Of a DNA stretch of 64,000 nucleotides, positions 30,141 to 40,128 are shown in pieces. This DNA is from Verrucomicrobiota bacterium. GTDB taxonomy: Bacteria > Verrucomicrobiota > Verrucomicrobiia > Limisphaerales > AAA164-E04. The first letter of the stretch is position 1. Each line of letters starts with the position of its first letter. The notes beneath the pieces are model-generated. The model searched no databases. It had not been told where the DNA came from and worked only from the letters and a program-made list of their open reading frames with translations. The stretch spans positions 4,672,001-4,736,000 of the forward strand of contig CP170459.1 in the NCBI GenBank assembly GCA_047947115.1, in the 5' to 3' direction. A program made the position numbers and the translations under genes.

Positions 30141-30151
30141 ATCGCATTCCG

Positions 30152-33100
30152 TCAGTTAAATTTCCTTGCCCGGGCAATCAGTTTTTCGACGCCCTTTTCG
30201 TTGTGATCTTTTGGCAATCCAGGATGGATCACCTGCGCCGTGCATCGTTCAGCCGCTTTCACGAGATCCTTGTAGGGACCTCCGAGAGGATCCTTGATGG
30301 TCGCTTTTTTCGATTCGTTATAAACAAAGATATTTGGATTGATGTTGATGCATTCGTCACAAGAGGTGCACTGCGGACTGTCGATCCACGGTGCCTGGTA
30401 GTTGCCGTTGACTCCCGACGTCTCTTCTGTGGCGGCAACTTCCCCCTGAGTCAGGGCCGCAGCGGCATGGACGGCATCGCCCCCCATCAACTGCATCAAT
30501 CCGGCAGCCAATCTCCGGGTAAGCTCTCCCCTCACCCGATCGGCGATTTCGGATTCGGATGGCTGTTCGTCGGCCACCCGCGCTATGGAACGCAGCATGA
30601 TCCAGAAATCGCGCCGTTCTTCGCAGGCGTGCACGATCGGCGCAGCAACCAACAGGCGTGTCAGTTGATTTTTCCGATCCACCGTCCACACATAAGGAAA
30701 ACAACCTTCACGCTCGTCCTCCGGCAATTCGATAAACTCGGCAAGCGGCACCATGTTTTCGTTCCAGGTATCCGGAGGAGCGATTCGGAAATGTTTACGA
30801 AACCGAATCTCGGTCAAGGCAAAATCACCAAAGGTCAGAGGCAATACCATCGATTTGTCACGCAAACCCTCTTTGTAATTCAGGGTATAGGTCGGCCAAA
30901 GTTGGTCGGCAGCCGGATTGCCATCGAGGTCGAAACACTCCTCAGGACGAGTACCCAGATCGGGGTTGTATTTGAACAGCGGGTAAGCGCGTGATTCCAC
31001 GGCCAGTTTGGCCTGGTCATGACTCTTGTCATCGCCAATACCATGTTCCGGCTGGCAGGAGGTATAAATATTGAACAAGGCCGGACGTCGCGCCTTCAAT
31101 CCTTGAATAAACCCTTCTATCATGTGATTCGCATTGGAAATGGCGCTTTGAAGGACATACGTCGTGCGGTGGGCCATCCCGATCAAACCCATTTCCTTGC
31201 GGATCTCCTCCTTGCCCTTGATGGCCTTGCCGTACTGAGCCATGTCGGAAACCTGACCAAAGAAGCCGGAAGTGCACGCCTGTCCTCCGGTATTGGAATA
31301 AACCTGAGTATCCAGCACCAGCACCTTGATCGGTTTACCCGACATCAGCGCGCGAGAAAGATTTTGGAAACCGATGTCATACATCGCACCATCCCCACCG
31401 ATGGCCACCACCGGCGGACACAATTCCCATTCCTCATCAGTGAACTGATGCCAGTTGAAATAAGTCAGAAACTCTTCATGTTCGACCGGATTGTATTTGC
31501 CGGACAATTCCAGTTCCGCCATCCGGATCGCCTTGAAACCCTCGGCCATCTTTGCCATGTGACCTTCAAAAATCCCCATGGCCACCGAGGCGGGATCCTG
31601 GAACAAATGATTTGCCCAAGGAACGGGATACGGATTGAGCGGATAGGTGCTTCCCCAAACGGAAGAACAACCGGTCGCATTGAGAATCCCCATCTTGGCA
31701 CGTCCGTTCCCGGTAATGCCCGCAGTGTAACGCCACTTGAGCATCTTCAAAGACGTCACCAATCCGGTCACGCGGCGCAGCCAATCTTGATCGATGGGTT
31801 CACCACCACTCATCTCTTCCACCTTGGTGGCGATGCTTGCCAGGGTGACATCCCCCGTTCCCACTTTACTGAGCGCTTCGGTGAAGGATTCCGTATTGCC
31901 AACATTGATGACTTTGGTGATTTCGAGCTGGATATGCCTTTTCAGTTTGTCGATCAATTCCGTCAGATAGGCGACGTGACGCTCCACCCGTGGCTGCATC
32001 AGCGCTTCCACAGTGGCGGCGAAAAGGTGGATGACGGATTTCTCACCGCATCCGAGACACGCGCCATCACCGCTGCCGAAAGCGAGGTAATTGTCCTTAT
32101 TCAGCAAAATGGTTTCCAACGCTCCGATGCCTTCCTCCAGATCGTCCACTCGGATGAAACGTTTCGGGGTATTGGGGAGATCCATCCAGAAATCCCAATT
32201 CCTGCGCAATGTCTCCACGGATTGTTTGGTTTGCATCACAGGCCGTAATGCATGGTCGTTGCACACAGCCACGCATTCCATGCATCCTTTGCAGGTGTAT
32301 GGATTGACCGTGATACTGAGCAGACCGCCTGAACCGGGTGTTTTGCTCTCATGATTGGTGTAGTAAGGTCGTGTCAGCGCAAATTGGAATCCGTTCAGTT
32401 CCTCTTTGAACAGACCAAATTCCTGTTCCAACCCGGAACGCTCATCGTCGGAAAGTTCCTTGTTGGCTAGGGTTTTTGCAATGGCTTCGTCCAACATACC
32501 GGCCACGTTGTCCGTTTCCATGGCTTCGGAGAAGATGCCCCGCAAGTGCTGTTCCATTTCACGCACCGCTTTGGAAAGGTGCGGAGCTTCCTTGCCATGC
32601 TTGCGCAGCCGGGAAATCACGGTGTCAAACATCGGCGTCACTTCGCTGACCAACCCGGGAATGGCTGTATCCGGACACACGGTATAACAGGAACCGCAAG
32701 CCGTGCAGTTATCAGAAATCCATTCCGGATACTGGAAACGAATGCCGGTCATATCTCGAAACACCGTGGACATGGCTGGCATCACGGCCAATCCTGTGAA
32801 TGGATCGGTGATACGGTCTGATCCCATGCCCCGGGCGTAGAAACTGCCCACCTGTTCCCAGAAGCGGTGTATATCGGTCAATGCATCTTCACTTTGAGGC
32901 ATCCGTTTGAGCATGACCGGCAAGGCGGGTTCGGCGGGCACGGAGGCCTTCTGGATGGCCGTATCCGTCATGGAACCGTAGGCCACTTCCTTCACTTCAT
33001 CCCACCCACGTTTGACGACACGCATGTTTTCCTCAACGATGCGGGCACCTTTGGCTCCGAACTTTTTCTGGATTTGTTTATAGATGGCGTCCAGCAAAGT

Positions 33101-35074
33101 TTCCTCGCAAAGACCTGCCTGTTTGGCCACGGGCGATGCTGCAAAGAAGGCTCCCTGGAAGGCGATGCCCTGCATGCGCAGTTGCAGATCCGGATCACTG
33201 GCTTCGGTCCGGGCAATTTTAAAAGCATCCAGATAAAACAAGTGGATCTTTTTATCGACGATCACCCTGCGGTAATAAGATGGAATATTGGCCCAAAGAT
33301 CTTCGGGGGTTTCCTGATCACCTTGAATAATCAACACACCACCTTCCTTCAACCCAGCCAGAGCATTGGTATGTTGAAAAACATTTGGATCCGGGGAAAG
33401 GACCACATCCACGTAAAAGTATTCGCAATTCACCCGGATCGGTTCAGGGGCCGCCGACAAGTAGTAGGTCGTGGGCTGCCCCTTTTTTTCGGAACCATAC
33501 TTGGGATTGGCCTTGATATGATAATCCAGCAATGCATATAGCGTCATGGCCAGATTCTTACCCGTGGTGATTGCCCCCCATCCACCGACCGAATGAAACC
33601 GCACCGTGATGCTACCCTCGGGCATCAAGTTCGGGTTCTCCGAACCGCGCACTGCCAGGTTGGCGATGTGCGGGTATGCTTCCATCAGGTTTTCCTGATT
33701 CAGTTTCTGTTTTGGGCTGACTGGTTTTTCATGGATGAAATCAATCGACAGGTAAAAAAACTTCTTCCGTGCTCCATCCGGAAGCATATTTTCAATGGCC
33801 CCGACAATGCCTTCCGGTTGCAGATCCCGACTCCCCATCCCAAAGGACCCGGAAAACAATGCCGGAGCGTCCTCACTGGATGCATAACTCTCCAGTTCCG
33901 GAAAAGGCGGATGCTGCCCATCCCGGGCATTTTCCAGACAACGGTTCAATGTGGCCCGGGTTTCACGCATGACCGGCAGATCGATGGCCAGGGGCTGATC
34001 CAGTCGTTCCAGAACTACCACGCCTTTCTTGCCTTTCAACACCCGGCTCAGTAAATCGGCCGGAAATGGGCGAAACATCACCAGATCCACGACACCCACC
34101 CTGATCCCACGCGTCTCCCTCAGGTAATCGGCCACCACCTCTGCCGAAGGAACCACACTGCCCTGCCCGAGGATCAGGTATTCGGCATCTTCAGCCTTGT
34201 ATGTTTTCACACGATCATACCGACGGCCAGTCAAGGCATAAAACTCTTCAAAGGCCTGGTCTGTCAGTTCCCGTATATGATCAAAGAAGTAAGGACGCTG
34301 GGCGGCCACACTCTGCATGTAGGCATCCTGATTCTGCACCAGCCCGGCCATCATGGGGTTGTCCACGGTCCACATCTCCGGGATGCGTCGCCGTGCCGGA
34401 CCATAAATCATCCGCTGAGCGGGGGTTGGCGTATCAATGATGTCATCCGGCTTCCCGAGGTATTCCCGAATCAGTTCACGCTCGGGGATCATCAGAGATT
34501 CAATCAAATGGGTCGTCAGAAAGCCATCCTGAGCGATCGCGCCCGGGGTCAGGGACAACTCGGCGATGCGATGACAAATGATGTTCAAATCAGCGACCGA
34601 TTGAGCATCTTTGGCAAACAACTGAAAGAAGCCCGTGTCGTCTATACAATGATAATCATCATGTCCGGCATGCACGTTGAGGTTGGCCTTGGTCATGGCC
34701 CTGGCTCCGATGTTCAACACATAGGGCAGGCGTTTACCGACGGCGGCGTAAAGGGATTCGTGCATGTAGGCGATTCCCTGACCGGAAGAGAAATTGATCG
34801 CCCGAAGTCCGGTCATGGACAGACCTGCGGTCACTGCCGCAGCAGCATGTTCGCCTTCCGGTTCGATAAAAATCAATGGACGACCGGAAATATTAAGATG
34901 CCCCGTAGCTGCAGCCTCCGCCCAGTATTCGCCCATTTGCGTCGAGGGCGTGATCGGGTATGCGCCCGCCGCGTCGCTGGATTCTCTTTCGCACATGATG
35001 ACGGCAGTATTGCCGTCGACTGCCACTTTTCTTCCCGGGTATTTGAACACTTGCTCTTTGGTTTTCATGGGCAT
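30152..35074 (-). CDS. Pyruvate:ferredoxin/flavodoxin oxidoreductase (single-chain NifJ-like) with extra C-terminal ferredoxin domain
   Basis: YPITPST, GACLGCGE, NATGCSSVWG, GGDGAMYDIG, YSNTGGQ; C-terminal CTSCDEC...C. Confidence 0.9.
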   Translation of the reverse strand: MPMKTKEQVFKYPGRKVAVDGNTAVIMCERESSDAAGAYPITPSTQMGEYWAEAAATGHLNISGRPLIFIEPEGEHAAAAVTAGLSMTGLRAINFSSGQGIAYMHESLYAAVGKRLPYVLNIGARAMTKANLNVHAGHDDYHCIDDTGFFQLFAKDAQSVADLNIICHRIAELSLTPGAIAQDGFLTTHLIESLMIPERELIREYLGKPDDIIDTPTPAQRMIYGPARRRIPEMWTVDNPMMAGLVQNQDAYMQSVAAQRPYFFDHIRELTDQAFEEFYALTGRRYDRVKTYKAEDAEYLILGQGSVVPSAEVVADYLRETRGIRVGVVDLVMFRPFPADLLSRVLKGKKGVVVLERLDQPLAIDLPVMRETRATLNRCLENARDGQHPPFPELESYASSEDAPALFSGSFGMGSRDLQPEGIVGAIENMLPDGARKKFFYLSIDFIHEKPVSPKQKLNQENLMEAYPHIANLAVRGSENPNLMPEGSITVRFHSVGGWGAITTGKNLAMTLYALLDYHIKANPKYGSEKKGQPTTYYLSAAPEPIRVNCEYFYVDVVLSPDPNVFQHTNALAGLKEGGVLIIQGDQETPEDLWANIPSYYRRVIVDKKIHLFYLDAFKIARTEASDPDLQLRMQGIAFQGAFFAASPVAKQAGLCEETLLDAIYKQIQKKFGAKGARIVEENMRVVKRGWDEVKEVAYGSMTDTAIQKASVPAEPALPVMLKRMPQSEDALTDIHRFWEQVGSFYARGMGSDRITDPFTGLAVMPAMSTVFRDMTGIRFQYPEWISDNCTACGSCYTVCPDTAIPGLVSEVTPMFDTVISRLRKHGKEAPHLSKAVREMEQHLRGIFSEAMETDNVAGMLDEAIAKTLANKELSDDERSGLEQEFGLFKEELNGFQFALTRPYYTNHESKTPGSGGLLSITVNPYTCKGCMECVAVCNDHALRPVMQTKQSVETLRRNWDFWMDLPNTPKRFIRVDDLEEGIGALETILLNKDNYLAFGSGDGACLGCGEKSVIHLFAATVEALMQPRVERHVAYLTELIDKLKRHIQLEITKVINVGNTESFTEALSKVGTGDVTLASIATKVEEMSGGEPIDQDWLRRVTGLVTSLKMLKWRYTAGITGNGRAKMGILNATGCSSVWGSTYPLNPYPVPWANHLFQDPASVAMGIFEGHMAKMAEGFKAIRMAELELSGKYNPVEHEEFLTYFNWHQFTDEEWELCPPVVAIGGDGAMYDIGFQNLSRALMSGKPIKVLVLDTQVYSNTGGQACTSGFFGQVSDMAQYGKAIKGKEEIRKEMGLIGMAHRTTYVLQSAISNANHMIEGFIQGLKARRPALFNIYTSCQPEHGIGDDKSHDQAKLAVESRAYPLFKYNPDLGTRPEECFDLDGNPAADQLWPTYTLNYKEGLRDKSMVLPLTFGDFALTEIRFRKHFRIAPPDTWNENMVPLAEFIELPEDEREGCFPYVWTVDRKNQLTRLLVAAPIVHACEERRDFWIMLRSIARVADEQPSESEIADRVRGELTRRLAAGLMQLMGGDAVHAAAALTQGEVAATEETSGVNGNYQAPWIDSPQCTSCDECININPNIFVYNESKKATIKDPLGGPYKDLVKAAERCTAQVIHPGLPKDHNEKGVEKLIARARKFN

Positions 35075-35129
35075 CTATCCATTCAATTGAGTCCTGTTAA
35101 AATGATGAGTGCGTTGAGTCTTGTCTGGG

Positions 35130-36002
35130 TCAGGTTGGAGCGTCTCGAAGCGACCCCTTTCGAATAATTTTTCCGGCAGACTGTCCCCGCTGAGGGCCTT
35201 GTATCGGATCCAGCCAGACAATCGCGCCTGTCGGGCAACGTTGTGTGGGACCATCGGTAAGCGGGCCCTTCGAGTAGTCAACAACAGGCAGATTTCCCTT
35301 CATTTCAATACATCCCGGCGCATCCATGGCGCACCCTCCACAGGCCGTACAACCCACTTGGCAATCTTCCAGAATGCCGTCACCTTCTTCCTGAGAACGA
35401 CATGCCACCCAGAGCCGGTTGGTTTGGATTTGAAGGGAAAAAAGATCTTTCGGGCAGGCGACAACACAGTCGCCACAGGCAGTGCACCGATCTTCATCAA
35501 CGACCGGAAGGTGGTGAGCGTTCATATGAATGGCGTCAAAATCGCAAGCCACCTCGCAATCCCCAATTCCCAGACATGCCCAAAAGCAACCTTTCCCACC
35601 GCCAGCAACCAGAGCAGCCGCTGAACAGGAAGAAAGCCCGACGTAATGCGCTTGATTGCGTGCCACATTACTGCCTCCCGCACACGCAAGCCTTGCCACC
35701 ATTTTAGCTTCGGCTCCTACATCAACTCCCAGATAATCCGCGATCCGCTCATGATCCGATTCGGAGCCCACTGAACATTTACCTGGAAGAACCTTTCCAC
35801 CAACGAGAGCTTCAGCAAAAGGCCGGCAGCCGGGAAAACCGCACCCTCCGCAATTGGTACCCGGCAGCATCTCCTCAACCGCATCAATACGAGGATCATC
35901 TTCCACATACAGCCAATGCGTTGCTGTTACCAGCATGGTGGCGAGAATCAAAGTAATCCCACCCAGCATGGCAACGTTGGTCAAGATGTTCGTCCAGTTC
36001 AT
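35130..36002 (-). CDS. rnfB: Rnf complex subunit B
   Basis: N-terminal TM, LPGTNCGGCGFPGC FeS domain, several ferredoxin motifs. Confidence 0.88.
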   Translation of the reverse strand: MNWTNILTNVAMLGGITLILATMLVTATHWLYVEDDPRIDAVEEMLPGTNCGGCGFPGCRPFAEALVGGKVLPGKCSVGSESDHERIADYLGVDVGAEAKMVARLACAGGSNVARNQAHYVGLSSCSAAALVAGGGKGCFWACLGIGDCEVACDFDAIHMNAHHLPVVDEDRCTACGDCVVACPKDLFSLQIQTNRLWVACRSQEEGDGILEDCQVGCTACGGCAMDAPGCIEMKGNLPVVDYSKGPLTDGPTQRCPTGAIVWLDPIQGPQRGQSAGKIIRKGSLRDAPT

Positions 36003-36435
36003 TTAGAAAACAATGGCTCCTGTTCCTGGGGTTGAATTTGATTTGTTATACTCATTCATATCATTCATTCATTGAATCCTGCTGCCCGAGACTTGCCAAA
36101 GATCGGCATTTTTTTGGTTTTCACTCAGCAGGATTTGGAAAGTCTGTTGGGTTCATAAAACACACAACAACGAAACGAGCCCGGTCCTGATCGAACCGCT
36201 GGAACCACTGCAGACGTACACGGCACCAAGAAAAGCCAGCCCATCCCAAGTTCCCATCGATGACGGATACCAGGCAGGGCGATCTGGCCAAAATCCAGCT
36301 TTATAAGAACAAGATCAGACCAGATACCCCTCGGCCACCATGTTAGCCTAGCTAATAGCAGACATATCGACGTCCGCTTCAAAGGCTGAAGCTGGAATCA
36401 GAATCGAACAAACAGTCTGCGGGAGGACAAAGGAT

Positions 36436-37311
36436 ATGAGCATGACAACTTCTTCAAAAGACGCTGGCCATAACAACGAAGGCCCTCAGAACCCATCCGA
36501 ATCCAATCAGGTTTCACTGACGGATTTTGTGCAAGCTTTGGCAGACGGCAATATTGCCGAAGCCGCCCGCTTGCTCCGGGCAACCCACCCCGAACGAGCC
36601 AGACAGCTTTGGCCGATGAGAATTGGCCACCTCATCGGGTTTGTCGATAAATGGCAGACATCGCATTCGGAAACATTGCCAGATGTCAAACCTTGGCGTC
36701 CCCAACGTGTTGCCATTGTCGGAGCAGGCACAGCGGGACTGGTATGCGCCGGCAACCTGGCACGTCAGGGCTACCCGGTCACCATTTACGAAGGAGTGGA
36801 ATCTCCCGGCGGAGTGCTTCGCTTCAACGGCGCCAAGTCGATGCTGTCCGAGAAAGTTCTCAATTGGGAAACCAGCGTGCTCAAACGACTGGGAGTGGAA
36901 ATCCATTGCAATGCCATCGTTGGTGAAACTTTGAAGCTGGAAGACCTCGTCCACAACATGAATTTCTCAGCCGTCTTTATTGCGGTTGGATCAGGTCTGG
37001 CTCACAGTCTGGAGGGCGGGCGTGAAGCGGCCCCCTTGGCACTGGATGAGGTCCCGGACCATCCGAACCGTAAAGGAGCGTTGATTGTTGAAGAAGGCAA
37101 ATGCCTTGGGGATGAAAACCCCGTGGACGCATTGGAACATGCGCGTGCCGGAACCGCCTCGGTGGTCCAATCCGCCAGCGCAGGAAAAAATGCCGCTGCC
37201 ACCATCCACAAAACACTCAGTGAGGAAGAACTGCTTCAAGCCAAACTGGATGAAGAATGGGATGCTTTCCTGGCTTGGTGCAATCAGGAAGAGCATATGG
37301 CTCATGAATGA
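36436..37311 (+). CDS. Degenerate GltD/NfnB-like FAD-binding protein
   Basis: RVAIVGAGTAGL, PGGVLRF, AVFIAVG, SVVQSASAGKNAA; lacks the Fe-S cysteines and the second Rossmann fold. Confidence 0.6.
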   Translation: MSMTTSSKDAGHNNEGPQNPSESNQVSLTDFVQALADGNIAEAARLLRATHPERARQLWPMRIGHLIGFVDKWQTSHSETLPDVKPWRPQRVAIVGAGTAGLVCAGNLARQGYPVTIYEGVESPGGVLRFNGAKSMLSEKVLNWETSVLKRLGVEIHCNAIVGETLKLEDLVHNMNFSAVFIAVGSGLAHSLEGGREAAPLALDEVPDHPNRKGALIVEEGKCLGDENPVDALEHARAGTASVVQSASAGKNAAATIHKTLSEEELLQAKLDEEWDAFLAWCNQEEHMAHE

Positions 37312-37364
37312 ATCCAGGAAATTCCTCATCAGGGAAATTTCGTTGGAATAAGTTCGCTCTCTGA

Positions 37365-38873
37365 TCAATTCCTCAGACGGATGGGGCCGGGATGGTTGAT
37401 TTCCGTCGCTTTTCTGGCGGCACCGGGCATTTCAGCATGCGGATTGCGGTTGCCGCCATTTGGAACTTTCCCGGCCGGAATGATCTTGTCTCCTTCAATT
37501 GCCGGAGGAGCATGTCGATGTGGAGTGGGGTTGTCGGGTATCGTGTCCCCTGTTTGTTCAGTCCAGGTAACAAGCAATTCTCGGGCTTGATTCAGCTGTG
37601 CCTTGTAGCTGGGATGAGTCGCGAGATTGGTAAACTGATTGGGATCCTGGTTCAGGTTGAACAGTTCTTCGGCAGGACAAGGATTGGCGAAAACCTGCTG
37701 TTGTCGGGGCGTGGTCTTACCGGCTGCATGGGCTTCCCATAAGGCTCGTCCGGCGGGATAATGCGTGTCGGATTCATAGCACAGGTTGGGTTGATCGGGA
37801 TAATTGTTTTTGATGTAAACAAAATCACCAAACCGCACCATCCGTTCGTGGTTCTTGTAAACATGCCAGTTGTGTTCTGAGAACACCATCTGTCGCACTT
37901 CTGTCTTCGGGTCTTTCAGAATCGGCACAAAACTACGTCCCTGGATACTGGCTTGTGGATCAATTCCAGCCAGCTCCAGACATGTCGCACTGAGATCAAT
38001 CACACTGATGAGGCTCTTGCTCACAGCAGGTGCCTGAATCATGCGGGGAAAGTGAACCACCCATGGGGTTTTGATTCCGGTGTCATAGAGACGTGATTTG
38101 CATCGCGGAAAAGGTCGTCCGTTATCCGCTGAAACAACGATGAGGGTGTTTTCAAGAACACCCTGCCTCTTCAACTCTGCCACGACTTGTCCGATGAAAT
38201 GGTCATATCGACTCACCTCGTGGTAATATCCGGTCAAATCCTCACGCGTCACCGCATCATCGAACAGGTAAGGAGGTATTACGATGTCATCCAGACCGTA
38301 AACAGGCGCGTCATCGCTCCTGGCCCAGTCCCGGTGAGCATCACTTGCCGCAAACCAGAAGAAAAAGGGACGATCCTTCGGGCGATCCTGAACGTGCTTC
38401 ACCCAATCAGCTTCCTGACCGGGGCCGCCTCCGTTGGTGATGCGATCAAATGAGCGATCTTTGTTGCCAAACATGTGGTTTTTACCGGAAAGCACGGTAT
38501 AATAGCCGACTTCCCTCAATAACTCCGGAAACCGTACCTGCTCCTCAGGTAATCGCACATGAAGTTCCGGTGCGCCGGTGTTGTGGGGATATCGACCGGT
38601 AATGATGCTGCAACGACTGGGACTGCAACTACTGGTGGTCAAATACGCATTATCAAAACGCATACCACCAGCGGCCAAGGCATCCGTGTGAGGCGTTTTG
38701 ATGGTCGGATGCCCGTAACAGCCAAAATCCTCCTGTGATACATCGTCGGCTATGAAGAAAACGATGTTGGGGAGTCGTGAGGTTTTGTCGGGTGCCGGAG
38801 TGGCTTCAACTTGAATCCATGAACTGGCTCCGAGCAGAAAAACACATGTCAAAAAAAAGAAAAAGCGCTTCAT
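37365..38873 (-). CDS. Sulfatase (Cys-type)
   Basis: Signal peptide; PNIVFFIADD; CSPSRCSIITGRY; SADNG. Confidence 0.92.
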   Translation of the reverse strand: MKRFFFFLTCVFLLGASSWIQVEATPAPDKTSRLPNIVFFIADDVSQEDFGCYGHPTIKTPHTDALAAGGMRFDNAYLTTSSCSPSRCSIITGRYPHNTGAPELHVRLPEEQVRFPELLREVGYYTVLSGKNHMFGNKDRSFDRITNGGGPGQEADWVKHVQDRPKDRPFFFWFAASDAHRDWARSDDAPVYGLDDIVIPPYLFDDAVTREDLTGYYHEVSRYDHFIGQVVAELKRQGVLENTLIVVSADNGRPFPRCKSRLYDTGIKTPWVVHFPRMIQAPAVSKSLISVIDLSATCLELAGIDPQASIQGRSFVPILKDPKTEVRQMVFSEHNWHVYKNHERMVRFGDFVYIKNNYPDQPNLCYESDTHYPAGRALWEAHAAGKTTPRQQQVFANPCPAEELFNLNQDPNQFTNLATHPSYKAQLNQARELLVTWTEQTGDTIPDNPTPHRHAPPAIEGDKIIPAGKVPNGGNRNPHAEMPGAARKATEINHPGPIRLRN

Positions 38874-38942
38874 GAGATTTACGGGCTATACCATTACTTG
38901 TATGAGAAAAAGTTTCCAACCATTGATGAACCTCCCTTGCAG

Positions 38943-39848
38943 TCAATGATTCAGCGAATTTTCGCCTGTCAATTGGGCAACAAACCAATCAGCCATCACA
39001 ACCACCTCTTCACGAATACTTGGCCAGGGATGCCCCCCACCCTCCTTGATGATGAGCTGAGCGCTGACATTGTGTTGCTGCAGTGCTTTGACCAGTGCCT
39101 GGGACTGTTGCAAGGGAACCACCGGATCCGCATCACCATGAATCACCAAAAACGGAGGTGCTTGTTGATGAACGAGCCGGGCTGGTGAAATCGAAATTGA
39201 TTGCTCACGCACTTGTTGATCAGTGGGTTTCTCACGGAATTCTCTGAACACCAGGCTTCCCAGAATCTGATGAAGTCGACCTTCCTTTCTCGGATCAAGC
39301 GCCACCCCCCCGTAATCCAGAAAGTCGGTCGGGGGAAAAAACACGCCCACCGCAGAAACGGATGCATCCTTGCCGGAGTCCTGACGCATCTGGGTCACCG
39401 CAGTCAGACTTGCCAAGTGCCCGCCAGCGGAAGCCCCTATCAATCCAAGCTTTGATGGGTTAAAATTCAGGTCATCCGCCTGATGCTTCACCCAGCGAAT
39501 ACCCGTTTCGACATGGGCTTTCATGTCATGCGCGGAAAAGTGAGTGATCGACCCGGGACGGAGCGCAAACACATAAAAACCTCTTTTGCAAAGTTCCTCA
39601 AAAAGTCCGGAGCGATCCAGATCCCGAATCTTTCCACGATCAGAATGCCAAGCGCCGCTTGCCACAACAACGATGGCATGACCATTTGATTTTTGATTCG
39701 GAGAAAAAATATCGGCCACCAACGCCACACCGTGAGCCTGATGATAAATCACATCAAGCTGTTGCTGATAGGAAGCATTTGATTCCCCTGAGGCGGACCC
39801 CCTTGTCAGGTAAAGGCACGCGATGACCCATGGAATTAACTTTTGCAT
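38943..39848 (-). CDS. Secreted alpha/beta hydrolase (esterase-like)
   Basis: GASAGGHLA nucleophile elbow, HGDADPVVP, GGGH. Confidence 0.85.
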   Translation of the reverse strand: MQKLIPWVIACLYLTRGSASGESNASYQQQLDVIYHQAHGVALVADIFSPNQKSNGHAIVVVASGAWHSDRGKIRDLDRSGLFEELCKRGFYVFALRPGSITHFSAHDMKAHVETGIRWVKHQADDLNFNPSKLGLIGASAGGHLASLTAVTQMRQDSGKDASVSAVGVFFPPTDFLDYGGVALDPRKEGRLHQILGSLVFREFREKPTDQQVREQSISISPARLVHQQAPPFLVIHGDADPVVPLQQSQALVKALQQHNVSAQLIIKEGGGHPWPSIREEVVVMADWFVAQLTGENSLNH

Positions 39849-39961
39849 AAAGAATTCGGATAGCATCACCTTTGAATATCGTTTTGACAAGCAATACACA
39901 CAGGCCGGCAACCCTTGGGATCCGGTTCGGAACAGCGGAAACGCATCCTTATCGTTGAATC

Positions 39962-40065
39962 AGGGCAGGACTCCGCTGCCGCGGAGCCGCGGGCGCGTTG
40001 GGGTCCACGAAGGTCTGCTGAGTTGAGCGGACATAAAACCGAACGCGCGACAGCGCGTCCCTACC
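39962..40065. repeat. GTAG-family REP with a degenerate facing partner
   Basis: 40041-40065 reads GGTAGGGACGCGCTGTCGCGCGTTC on the minus strand; GACTCCGCTGCCGCGGAGCC hairpin near 39969-39988. Confidence 0.55.
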
Positions 40066-40128
40066 TGTGCCAATTGGCTGGGGTGCTTTTCCTTCCAGTT
40101 TGAATCGCACCCGGAACTTTGAACAGAA

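Noticed and set aside
29064..35167. Several 290-410 aa plus-strand ORFs
   Set aside because: Antisense to well-supported rnfC and PFOR
36003..36435. FNR/Rex-type operator upstream of rnfB
   Set aside because: AT-rich with short TCAT repeats, but no convincing palindromic consensus seen
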